Source: Calditrichia bacterium (GTDB lineage Bacteria > Calditrichota > Calditrichia > RBG-13-44-9 > J075). From it: a stretch of DNA of 64,000 bases. Both the position numbers and the translations under genes were made by a program. Shown here one piece after another: positions 39,834 through 49,700 of the stretch. The notes beneath the pieces are model-generated. The model was not told where the DNA came from, did no database searches, and saw nothing but the letters and a program-made list of their open reading frames with translations. The stretch covers positions 3,383,272-3,447,271 of the forward strand of contig JACKAQ010000001.1 in the NCBI GenBank assembly GCA_020634975.1, in the 5' to 3' direction. Each line of letters begins with the position of its first letter. Position 1 is the first letter of the stretch.

Positions 39834-40832
39834 TCAAATGACGAATTGGAACGTTATTACACCGGATTGATCGAGGCGAATGCCGCTGTTTTCGAGCGCG
39901 GCAAATTGCCACTGTTTTAGCGCTTCGATCACCAGACGATCCCACTCACCCGATCCGCTGGTGCGAACCACCACCACATTTTCCCGCACGACACCATTTT
40001 CCATCACCGTAAAGCGGAGCGCGACAGTTGCGCTAACGCCCTGACGTTTTGCCCATTCCGGGAACGGCGGGATAATTTTACGGATGATTTTCCGGTTGGC
40101 CAGCGCACCCGTGATAACCGTGCCCGGCTGATCCGGTTTCAACGCATCGGGATTCAAATCTTTTTGTTTCGGCTTACTATCGATTTTAATGCTTCCGCTG
40201 TTTGTGGCGTTCGATTTTCCGGTGCCCGCGCCAAGTTGAATTTGCGGAGTTTTGGGCCCGTCAACCGCGATGCCCGCTGTTACCGGAGCAGTTGAGGCGA
40301 GCAAGTTCTGGCTGTCTCCCAGACTGATCGGCGTGGGACGGGCAATTTTTTCGTCATCGCGGATGCCTTTTGCCGGGGAAATCTTGATCAGATCCGCCGG
40401 TTTTACGATGTTGTTTGCCACCGCTTGCACTTTTTCGATATTGATTGGCGCCTGCTTCCGCTTCCGGTCAAGAAAAATTTTATCCGAACCGGCAGCCGCA
40501 ATAGATGCGCCGGTTTCCGGCTGCGGCAGCTCGTTGGTTTCCGGCAAAACGGCTGCAGCCTGCACGATTTTCTTTACCGGTTTCGGTTGGATTTCCGGGG
40601 TTTCTGCCGGCAATTCTTCGGTCATATCGATAAATGTGATTTCCCGGATCGGCGGCGTTTCAGCCACGTTCATATCTGCCAAACCGAAATACAGCGCGAA
40701 CATGATGATGTGAATCGTCACAGAAAAACCCATCGCACCGGCAGAGCGGAAGGTGTCATTCCGAAAAAAAATCGCGGAAAACCGGGTCACCAACTGTCTG
40801 TAAATGATGGTTTTAAGGTTGTTGTTTTTCAT
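39834..40832 (-). CDS. energy transducer TonB family protein
   Basis: It has an N-terminal TM anchor and a proline/charged linker. The C-terminal TonB domain reads 'IPPFPEWAKRQGVSATVALRFTVMENGVV...VITFQFVI'. The start is chosen at the ATG preceded by GAGGGGGAA. Confidence 0.8.
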   Translation of the reverse strand: MKNNNLKTIIYRQLVTRFSAIFFRNDTFRSAGAMGFSVTIHIIMFALYFGLADMNVAETPPIREITFIDMTEELPAETPEIQPKPVKKIVQAAAVLPETNELPQPETGASIAAAGSDKIFLDRKRKQAPINIEKVQAVANNIVKPADLIKISPAKGIRDDEKIARPTPISLGDSQNLLASTAPVTAGIAVDGPKTPQIQLGAGTGKSNATNSGSIKIDSKPKQKDLNPDALKPDQPGTVITGALANRKIIRKIIPPFPEWAKRQGVSATVALRFTVMENGVVRENVVVVRTSGSGEWDRLVIEALKQWQFAALENSGIRLDQSGVITFQFVI

Positions 40833-40842
40833 AAATTCCCCC

Positions 40843-41247
40843 TCAAACCTGATCCCGGTTGCGTTGCAGCGTTGCGATGGCAATCCGGGTTGCGCCGGCT
40901 TTTTTTGCGGTGCCGAGCAATTCCAGCACGATGTTATGGGTCACATTTTTGTCTGCACGGATGACCACCAACCGGTCCGGATGTTCCGCCACTCGCTTTT
41001 TCAGTTGAGCGGCGAGCGCCGGAAACGAGGCAATGGCGTCTTCGTTCAACGCCAGTTTTCCGTCATTCGAATACGAAATTGTGATGTTCGATTCGGATTT
41101 TGCTTCCACGGTTTTGGCGCGCGGAAGGTTGATTTCCATATCGACAGGCGTCATCATCAACGGCGATGTGACCATAAAAACGATCACCAAAATGAGGGCT
41201 ACGCCCACCAACGGGGTTATATCTACTTTGCTGATTGGCTCTTCCAT
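40843..41247 (-). CDS. biopolymer transport protein ExbD/TolR
   Basis: It has the single-TM ExbD architecture 'ITPLVGVALILVIVFMV'. The C-terminal blocks are 'LVVIRADKNVTHNIVLELLGTAKKAG'. The start is chosen at the ATG preceded by GGGAG. Confidence 0.8.
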   Translation of the reverse strand: MEEPISKVDITPLVGVALILVIVFMVTSPLMMTPVDMEINLPRAKTVEAKSESNITISYSNDGKLALNEDAIASFPALAAQLKKRVAEHPDRLVVIRADKNVTHNIVLELLGTAKKAGATRIAIATLQRNRDQV

Positions 41248-41263
41248 GGCATCTCCCGGGGAG

Positions 41264-41677
41264 TTATTTTTGTTTGATAATGGATAGTTGCACCGCGCCG
41301 CTTTGTTTGGCGATATCGAGCACTGCAACCACGCGATCGTGCAGCACGCTGCTGTCCGCGCTGATGAGCACCATTTTTTCCGCGCTGGCATCGAGAATTG
41401 ATTTTAGCGAATCGGGCAACGTTGCCGGATCGATAGCGGTGCCGTTCAATTCCACGATGTCATTTTCCCGGATGCTGATCTGCGCTTTCAACGGCGTTTC
41501 CTCAATTTGTGTTTGCGCTTTGCCCAGCGACGGCGTGGCAACGTTGATTCCTGATTGCATCACCAGCGGATAGGACACCATAAAAATGATCACCAGCGTC
41601 AGCGAAACATCCACCAGCGATGTCAGATTGACCTCCGTGACGCCGCCGTTTTTCCGGATTTGTTTGTTCATTTTCAT
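41264..41677 (-). CDS. biopolymer transport protein ExbD/TolR (second copy)
   Basis: 'NLTSLVDVSLTLVIIFMV' and 'MVLISADSSVLHDRVVAVLDIAKQSG' are typical ExbD blocks. Confidence 0.8.
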   Translation of the reverse strand: MKMNKQIRKNGGVTEVNLTSLVDVSLTLVIIFMVSYPLVMQSGINVATPSLGKAQTQIEETPLKAQISIRENDIVELNGTAIDPATLPDSLKSILDASAEKMVLISADSSVLHDRVVAVLDIAKQSGAVQLSIIKQK

Positions 41678-41714
41678 TGCTGAATTTTCTCCTGATTTTC
41701 GGAACGATGGCTGT

Positions 41715-42335
41715 TCACGCGTTGTCCGGGATTCCCAATATGATCAACACTTTTTTGCTGACCGATTCGATTTCCAGCATGGTTGTGTTCACTTTTCGCA
41801 AAAAATAATTGTAAAACACCACCGCGGGAACGGCGACAACCAGCCCGCCGGCAGTGGTAATCAGCGCCTCGGCGATGCCTGCAGAAATCACCGACGGTCC
41901 GGCGGAACCGGAAACGGACAGCGAGTGGAACGCCTGGATGATCCCGACCACCGTGCCGAACAGCCCGATCAGCGGCGCAATGTTGCCCAGCGTTCCCAAA
42001 ATATTTAGGTTTTTTTCCAGCTTGGTGCGTTGTTCCAATGCGATGGCGTCCATCATATCCACGGCTGCGCCGGGATTTTTATTTGCCTCTTCCAGCCCGC
42101 TTTTGACCACCCGCGCCAGCGGTGAAAACGAGTTGCTGCAAATGTTTATTGCTGCTTCAACGTCATTTTGTTTGAGCGCATTTTTGATGCTCGTAAAAAA
42201 TGAATCCGCATTCACCGTTGTGTGTTTAAAAAACAGCCAACGCTCCAAAATAAAGGTAACGGCAACCACCGAACAGCCCAATAAAATGAGCATCGTGATA
42301 CTGGATTTTATGGTTTCAACAACGTTCAAGTCCAT
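41715..42335 (-). CDS. MotA/TolQ/ExbB proton-channel family protein
   Basis: The three-TM topology is present. The conserved 'LGTLGNIAPLIGLFGTVVGII' and 'ALITTAGGLVVAVPAVVFYNYF' blocks are present. Confidence 0.85.
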   Translation of the reverse strand: MDLNVVETIKSSITMLILLGCSVVAVTFILERWLFFKHTTVNADSFFTSIKNALKQNDVEAAINICSNSFSPLARVVKSGLEEANKNPGAAVDMMDAIALEQRTKLEKNLNILGTLGNIAPLIGLFGTVVGIIQAFHSLSVSGSAGPSVISAGIAEALITTAGGLVVAVPAVVFYNYFLRKVNTTMLEIESVSKKVLIILGIPDNA

Positions 42336-42437
42336 TTTTTATCTCCTGTTGATGTTTGTTTTTAACTGCAGATTTCACTTTAAAATGATCTGTTCTCATT
42401 TTCCTCTGCGCGCTTTGCGCCCTCAGCGGTATAATTT

Positions 42438-45400
42438 TCATTTCGCCGCTTTCAGATCTGTCAGCGCTTGAATGCGTTCTTCTGCCGCAACTACCCAGCG
42501 TTCTTCCGATGTGCTGTTCACCAGCAATTGATACGCCGATACCGCTTTCGAGTCTTTCCCGATATTTTCATAAATTGCGGCGAGCTGGGCGAGCGAACTG
42601 AGCCGGTAATAGTCTGCGGATTCGCCAACGCCGATCGATTGACTGAAAATGGATTCGGCTTCATCTACCTGATTTTGTTGAAGATACAACATCCCCAAAT
42701 GATAAATGGCTTCGCTGGCAATTGCTCCGTCGGGTGTCCGGATCAATGTGGTGTAAAGCTCAATTGCATCGGGATGCTGGTTTAATTGCATATGCTCATT
42801 CGCCATTTGCAACCGGATTTTCGGTGCATCCTCTGCCGAAGGATATGCCGTCAAATACTGCCGGAAATATTCCAGCGCCTGCGCATGATCGTTCAGCCGT
42901 CCGGCGGTCCAACCGGCATTTTGCAACGCGTGCGCCGCAAATCCGGATTCCGGGAAACCCGCAATCACCGCATCAAAACAATCGATGGCAGACAGGTAGC
43001 TTTCCATATTAAAATAGCAAACACCCAACAGAAAATTTGCTTCCGGCAACTGGTTGCTCGCCGGAAAATATTGGATAAACTGGCTGAACTCCCGTGCGGC
43101 ATCCGGATATTTTTCCTGTGCCATAAACGCTTTCGCCAGCGAAAACTGGGCATCCGGCGCGTAAGACGAACTCGGAAACGCAGTCAAAATTTCCTTGAAT
43201 TCCGTTGCTGCGGCTTCGTACGAACCTTCGGCGAGATAATTGGTTGCCATCCGGTAACGCGCATCGACCGCCAGCTCCGCATTGGCGGATTGCTCCGCAA
43301 CTTTTCGGAATGTTTCCGCCGCCTGATCGGTTTGCCCAAGCTGGTAATAGCTGTACTGGATGCCTTCCAACGCCACAGTGTTTTTTTCGTGATCGGGAAA
43401 TTTATCTAAAAATTGCTGATAGCGTTTGATCGCTAAATCATAATTTTCTGCGTTATACGCCGACTGGGCGAGTCGCAAATGGCTTTCCACTGCAACCGGG
43501 CTTCCGGGATATTTCCGGATAATTTTGGTCAGCACAGAATCCGCATCTTCAAAATAATTAGCCCGAAAATAGAGATCCGCCGCCTGAAACAGCGCATCCG
43601 GTGCTAATGGCGATTGCGGGAAATCGATGGCCATCCGTTCCCACGTATCGATGGCTTCGGCATATTGCTGCAATCGGTAATAGCATTCAGCAACGTGAAA
43701 TGCGGATCGCGAAATCAGCGCGGCATTTTCCGGCAGACGCTGGTCATCCGGCTGCACCGGATATTCCTGCAACGCCGCCGCATATTTTTCCTGATGAAAC
43801 AGCGCCGTGGCATAACCGTATCGCGCCGCGGATTTGTTCGGGTTGCTCAGCGTGTTTTTCAATTCGCGAAACTCGTCGATTGCGGCATCGACACCCTGTT
43901 CGTAAAACGCAATCCACGTCAATCCCAATTGCGCTTTTTCGGACAAATCGTCCGGTTGCTCGCTGAGCACGCGGTTGTAATTTTCTTTGGCGAGATCGTA
44001 ATGTTTCAGAAAATAGGCGGATTCTGCCATCAGCAAATAATTTGCCCGTTCCCAAAAGCTCAATTCCGCATCACCCGCGTCGCTTTTCAGATAGCTGTTT
44101 CGGTTGATAACCTGTTGATATTGTTGTCTTTGAAAATCCTCATTCTGCAGGGCAAAAAATGCGGCTTCGGGAATGCTACCCGTGCCGCGCGACTGGATAA
44201 TTCTGTCAAAATATTTGTTGGCATTCGATGCCTCTTCGTTCATCGCCAGCATAAAATTGACTGCCGGAACGATTTCGTTTTTCGGATACATCGATAAAAA
44301 TTGCCGCATGCTGATGACCGCACTAAGGCTGTCGCCTTTTTCCAACTCGGTCATTGCTGCTTTTATTTTGGCGAGCGGCGCGATGGGCGAATTGGCGTTC
44401 AGCGATGCAATGGTGTGAAATCGCCGAATCGCATCCTGATATTTTGCGGGATCGATTTTGCCCATCATCCGGAAACACTCCGCCTGCATGTATTGAAAAC
44501 AGGCGCTGTTGGCAGATTCTGATTCGCGGCTAAATTCAGATAATGCATCGTCTGTCTGATTCAAATTGAGATACACCCAACCCAGCCGGAAAGTAACCGC
44601 ATCACGAAAACGGCTGTCCGGAAAATATTGCCGGAAGCGTTTCAGTTCGGATTGTGCCGCCAGCCAGTCCTGCCCGCGCATGAACACATCCGCAGCCTGC
44701 AGCATGGCTTTTGCCGCAGCCGGCGAACCGGGAAACTGGTCGTTGATTTTTTTGTAGATGCTGACCGCCAAAATGCGGTTTTCCACCATTTCGTACGCAT
44801 TGGCGAGGAGGGAAAGGCTGAGCGGGTCGCGTTCGTTTTTCAGTAAATCAATGGCGTGTTGCGGCTCGTTTTCCGCGATGGACAGCCGCGCCTGCAGCGA
44901 GCTCAGCCGTGAATCGCTCGCGGCAGCCGGATTTTCGCTGACAATTTCATCGATCAGCGAACGGCACTGCGTCCAATTTTCCCGGTTGGCAGATTGCCAC
45001 GCCAGCGCCAGCGATGCTTCCAGTTTGATGAACGGGATTGCGCTCCGGTCGTGCAGCGATTGGAACACCTGCACCGCGAGATTCTCTTTCCCGCTTTTCA
45101 GAAAAATGATGCCGCGCCGCAGTTCCGTTTCCTCACGGATCGAATCGGGCAGTTTTCCGTCGCGGTTGCCAATCTGTTCCAGCGCTTTCAACGCGCCGTC
45201 GTATTTTTGGGCGTTGAGCAACGCTTCGGATTGCAAAAAGGATATCCGTGAAAACAGCACGGCATCCCGGGTTTCCTTTTTGGCTTGTTCGCAAAGCGTA
45301 ACAATGGTATTGATATCGCCGCCCTCCGAAAAGCTGTTGGCAGCCGTCTGGAAATGTTGCCAGGCAATATATTCATCGCCGAACGCCAACCCGGTCAACA

Positions 45401-45461
45401 GGGCAACCCAAACGGCGATTGCGATATGAAATTTCCGGTGTTTTGTTCTATTGTTGTTCAT
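42438..45461 (-). CDS. large tetratricopeptide-repeat protein (signal-anchored, about 1007 aa)
   Basis: Dozens of TPR-like 34-residue units occur, for example 'AEAIDTWERMAIDFPQSPLAPDALFQAADLYFRANYFEDA'. The start is chosen at 'MNNNRTKHRKFHIAIAVW' with an upstream GGAGAAAA. Confidence 0.75.
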   Translation of the reverse strand: MNNNRTKHRKFHIAIAVWVALLTGLAFGDEYIAWQHFQTAANSFSEGGDINTIVTLCEQAKKETRDAVLFSRISFLQSEALLNAQKYDGALKALEQIGNRDGKLPDSIREETELRRGIIFLKSGKENLAVQVFQSLHDRSAIPFIKLEASLALAWQSANRENWTQCRSLIDEIVSENPAAASDSRLSSLQARLSIAENEPQHAIDLLKNERDPLSLSLLANAYEMVENRILAVSIYKKINDQFPGSPAAAKAMLQAADVFMRGQDWLAAQSELKRFRQYFPDSRFRDAVTFRLGWVYLNLNQTDDALSEFSRESESANSACFQYMQAECFRMMGKIDPAKYQDAIRRFHTIASLNANSPIAPLAKIKAAMTELEKGDSLSAVISMRQFLSMYPKNEIVPAVNFMLAMNEEASNANKYFDRIIQSRGTGSIPEAAFFALQNEDFQRQQYQQVINRNSYLKSDAGDAELSFWERANYLLMAESAYFLKHYDLAKENYNRVLSEQPDDLSEKAQLGLTWIAFYEQGVDAAIDEFRELKNTLSNPNKSAARYGYATALFHQEKYAAALQEYPVQPDDQRLPENAALISRSAFHVAECYYRLQQYAEAIDTWERMAIDFPQSPLAPDALFQAADLYFRANYFEDADSVLTKIIRKYPGSPVAVESHLRLAQSAYNAENYDLAIKRYQQFLDKFPDHEKNTVALEGIQYSYYQLGQTDQAAETFRKVAEQSANAELAVDARYRMATNYLAEGSYEAAATEFKEILTAFPSSSYAPDAQFSLAKAFMAQEKYPDAAREFSQFIQYFPASNQLPEANFLLGVCYFNMESYLSAIDCFDAVIAGFPESGFAAHALQNAGWTAGRLNDHAQALEYFRQYLTAYPSAEDAPKIRLQMANEHMQLNQHPDAIELYTTLIRTPDGAIASEAIYHLGMLYLQQNQVDEAESIFSQSIGVGESADYYRLSSLAQLAAIYENIGKDSKAVSAYQLLVNSTSEERWVVAAEERIQALTDLKAAK

Positions 45462-46731
45462 TTTTGTTTTCTCCGGGGTTGTTGATTCGTTCGTCAAATC
45501 CCAGTGATCCGGAAGGACCGGCCGTGTTGATGGAAACCAGCGTGCCATCGGAATGGTGCGTTTCCCCCGCAACAGTGCTCACCGCAAACCGGTAGAAAAA
45601 CTTGCCGTCGTGAACGAGTTGTCCGGCATCGTTGCGACCGTCCCAAACGATTTCTTCGGGCAATTCCGTTGCCTGCGCGAAGTTGCGCACGATGTTGCCT
45701 TCGGCATCCACGATCTCAAAATTCCAGCGATTGATGTCGCTGCGGCAATTCACTTTCAACTTGATTTTTGAAACATTCTGCTCGCCTGCCGGGGAGAAAA
45801 CGTTCGGATAGGCGGTTGCGGCAACGCCAAATCCGCCAAATGAATAATTGAGCGCGAACACCTGATTGGTGCCGAGTTCCGATGTGTTTTTGTTGCTGTA
45901 ATCCATCCCGAACTGGTTGAGCGATAATCCCAATCCCATGGTGATCTGGCTGTTGTTGACACCGCCGCGCAACGCAATCATCGGCATTACCTGATATTCC
46001 ACACCGATGTTGAGCGCGGTTTTATCCCATCCCAGAATTTTGGAGATTTCCGTGCTCACCGACATTTTGTCTTCGAACAGTTTGGCGACCGCGCCAACGC
46101 GAAGCTGGCGGGCAAAACTTTGCGATTCTTCCGCCAGCGTCATCGACGGAGCGAGTGCGTTCACCAGCATCAAACCGGTGGTCAGCCACGGCGACAGTTG
46201 CTTCCGCAAACCGATGTCAAACCCGTGACCCATTCCCGAGTAATCGAGCATTTTTTGGGTAACCAGTTTGTAATTGATCCCGATGGCGATATCCTGAAAT
46301 GCTACCGTTGACCACGACGCGAGGAACGCCATATCGCTGAGATTGAAGTTGCCGATTTCCTCGTTCAGCTCGTTGCGCTGATCAAATTCCCCGGAGTTGA
46401 GGGCGATCAGACCGAGCCCGAAATTGCCGTAGCTGCGGGTGGGGGCGGTTGCCGCAACATAATCCAAACTGGTGTTCATAAACAATTTAGAGTGCATAAA
46501 ATAGATCTGGAACGGGTTCTGGTTGGCTAAACCTGCCGGATTCCAGAACAACGCCGAGCCGTCCTGTGCCATTGCGGTGTAGGCATTTCCCAATGCCTGC
46601 CCGCGTGCGCCTATCCCCATGTGGAGATAGGCGCCGGGCATTCCGGCTGCACCTTCCTGCGCAAATAACGCAGGGAAACTGAGCATCGCGATCGCTGCGA
46701 TTAATCCGATGAAACGTCTATTTTTTTTCAT
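45448..46731 (-). CDS. outer-membrane beta-barrel protein of PorP/SprF/PorV-like type with a C-terminal FlgD/Ig-like domain (putative T9SS cargo-partner)
   Basis: It has a signal peptide (start 'MKKNRRFIG...'). The N-terminal motif is 'GSALFWNPAGLA'. A beta-rich core is present. The C-terminal block is 'IVWDGRNDAGQLVHDGKFFYRF'. Its frame region overlaps the stop of the giant T9SS cargo gene by 4 nt. Confidence 0.5.
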   Translation of the reverse strand: MKKNRRFIGLIAAIAMLSFPALFAQEGAAGMPGAYLHMGIGARGQALGNAYTAMAQDGSALFWNPAGLANQNPFQIYFMHSKLFMNTSLDYVAATAPTRSYGNFGLGLIALNSGEFDQRNELNEEIGNFNLSDMAFLASWSTVAFQDIAIGINYKLVTQKMLDYSGMGHGFDIGLRKQLSPWLTTGLMLVNALAPSMTLAEESQSFARQLRVGAVAKLFEDKMSVSTEISKILGWDKTALNIGVEYQVMPMIALRGGVNNSQITMGLGLSLNQFGMDYSNKNTSELGTNQVFALNYSFGGFGVAATAYPNVFSPAGEQNVSKIKLKVNCRSDINRWNFEIVDAEGNIVRNFAQATELPEEIVWDGRNDAGQLVHDGKFFYRFAVSTVAGETHHSDGTLVSINTAGPSGSLGFDERINNPGENKNEQQ

Positions 46732-46784
46732 TTTTTGGCTCCCAAATGGTTGAATAACGGTCATTGCTTCAATTGATTGTGCCA

Positions 46785-49700
46785 TCATCGCAACACCGCG
46801 ATTTTGCGCATGGCGTTCATGACAACCTTGCCGTTGGCGGTGGCTTTGGCAACGAGGATGTAGCCGCCGTTACCCACTTTTTGTCCGCGATCGTTCACAC
46901 CATTCCATATGACAGAGTTGGGATGGCTGCTGTTTTCGCGACCTTTTCCGCCCGGCTCACCGGCGCTGATTTTTTGTGTCCACACCAGATTCCCGAACAG
47001 ATCGAAAATCTGCAGTTTCACATCTGCATCTACCGGCAGGTAGTAATCAATTCGTGTCATATCGGATTCCAGACCAAATGGATTCGGGTAGTTGACAGGT
47101 TGACCGTCGGGCATGTCCGAAGTGGTCAGGTTGACGACGATTTCGAAATCCGTCGCAACGGTGTCCACGAGTGCCCGGACGATGTTGGTTTCGGTCACAC
47201 GACCTGCTGTAAACGTGACGCTGGCGACGCCTTCGCCGTTGGAAACGGCGTTGCCCTGTTTGAGCTGCCCGCTGCCCTGAACCAGTTCAAAGCTGACATC
47301 ATGGTTGATTACCGGGTTTCCGGCCTGATCGAATAATTTTGCCAGCAACACCAGTTCTTCCAGACCGCGCAGCTCGGTTTTCGGTGCGTTGACCGAAATC
47401 GATGCGACGTTTCCGGCAAAAATTTCCAGCGGATCGGAATAGCCCGGATCGGTGCCGATGCCGTCCGCAACTTTAATCCGGATAACGCCCACAAAATCGC
47501 CGCTTTGCTGCACGGTGCGCTGTCCGCCCTGCAGGTTGAATGACGCATTTTCGAATGTGCCGACAACCTCGTCAATATCTTGCGCGTCAACCGCGCTCAG
47601 GTTTACCACATGGTTTGCGCTCGGCACGATTTCGCCGATGCCGTTTTTGAAAAATACGGTCATCGCGAACGATTCGCCGGCCGCAAAGCGAGTTGTATCT
47701 AATGAAATTTCATAATGTAATCCGCCGACGAGCACTTCCAGCAGCGCATCGAGCGAGGTGCGGATACTCGAACGGCTGTCGTTGATTGCCCGGATAATCT
47801 GGTTGCCGCCCTGGTTCAGCGTCACCGAAAATCCGGCTTTGCCGTTCACCAAAACGGAGTCATTTTTGATAATTGTGGCGCTATTGTCGGTGGTGAATAA
47901 GTGCACGTTATCCGCAGGTGCGTTGGTGATGGCGTTCCAATAATCATCCACCGCCCAAACTTCAACCGAAAACGGCAGTCCGGAGGTTTGACGCTGTGCG
48001 CTGTTGGCGCGTCCCGGGGTTTTCAGCGGATCGTTTTCGGTATCGCCGGGCAGCAGCGATTCGCCGGGGAGCAACACCAGCAGTTGCGAAAAAGCGTTCG
48101 GCTCGACAATCAGGCTGTCGGCAATTGCCGCCGGAAATCCGGTTGTGAAAGTGAATTGCGCCTGAATGTTGTGCGTTCCTGCTGCGCGAACGGTCACCGG
48201 AATTTCGGATCGCCCGTTCGCCAATTGAATGTCGGCGGGAATTTGGGCAAATGTATCGCTGACGCTGATGCTCAGCGAATCAGCATTTTCGGCAATGATA
48301 TTCCAGAATGCATCCACCGCGCGAACCGTAATGTTGAATGCGTTTCCGGCGGTTTGGGTGAGTGCGTTGCCTTTTTTGCCGGGGTTGACGCCGGGTGTCA
48401 CCGTTTCGCCGGGGAGCAACACTTGCAATCCCGCGAGTTCAGCAGGAACGACCGTAAACGTGTTGCTGTAGCCGGTGTGGGTGTTCGGCGCGGGCACGTA
48501 ATCCGCGGCGTACAGCACAACCGCGGAATCGGCGCGGGTGACGGCCAGTTCGCCCTGCCAGTTGCCGTTTGCCAGCGTGACGCCGGTTTGGGTAATTGTG
48601 CCGTTTCCGGTTGAGGCGGAGAGGATGATATCGCCGTCATAATCGGTAATCGGATTGTCGTAAATATTCATCGCCTGAATGTGCAGGCTGAAGGACTGAC
48701 CGGCAATTTGCCCGCTGTCGATCACGGAAAATGCGAAGTGATGCACAGCGCCGGACTGCACGGAAAACTGGCTGGAGGTGTCGGCAAACGCCGGATTCGA
48801 CGCACCTGCGACCCGCAATTTCTGGTTGCCCGGTGTCAGCATCGTGAAATCAATGTTGCTGATTCCGGCGGTCAGCATCGTTTCCGATGGCAGCACAGCC
48901 TGCGGATCGGTTGCGCTGAAATTGACTGCGAAGCTGTCCGGCGCGGTCACGTTCCACCATGCGTCGGTTGTGCGTAGCTTGATTTGGAAGGGCACACCGC
49001 TGATCTGCGGTTGCGGATTGCCGGATTTTCCCGGTGCCAAACCGGGTGTTTCCAGTTCGCCCGGCATCAGGAGTTGCAGTTTGCTGAATGCGCCCGGAAC
49101 CACCGTGAACGGGTTGCTGTTTCCGCGAACGATGTCCGCGAAATCGTGCGCGTTCAGATGAACGCTCTGCGCTGCTTTGGTGATCGTCACCGGTCCGCTC
49201 CATGTGCCATCGACAAACTGGACATTGCCAACGATGATCGTTCCCGGTCCCGTCGATGACGTCAGGCTGACCATTTCGTTGTAATTGGTGACGGTTGAGC
49301 CGCTGCCGTTTACCGCGTGAATGGTTACGTTGATGGCATTGCCGGCGCTCTGCGGACTGCTGATCGGTTCGAACAAAAAGCTGGCTACCGAACCGCTCAC
49401 TACGTGAATCAACGGCGATGTATCGGAAGAAATTTGCGGATCGTGGCGATAATGCGCGGTCAGCGTCCAGAATCCCGGCGTGTTCAATCGCGTATTCGCG
49501 AAAGTGATGGTGCCGGATTGCAGTTGCGCATCCAGCGGTAAATTCGCGGATGGATCGGTAGCGGAAAGCCCCACGGTTCCTGTGTCGGTCGTGACCGCGT
49601 TCCACCATTCGTCCACGGCGTTGATCGTTACCGGGATCGCGTCGCCGGCAACCAGTGGGTCAACATCGCCGGTTTTTCCGGGAGCGATCCCCGGTGTTGC

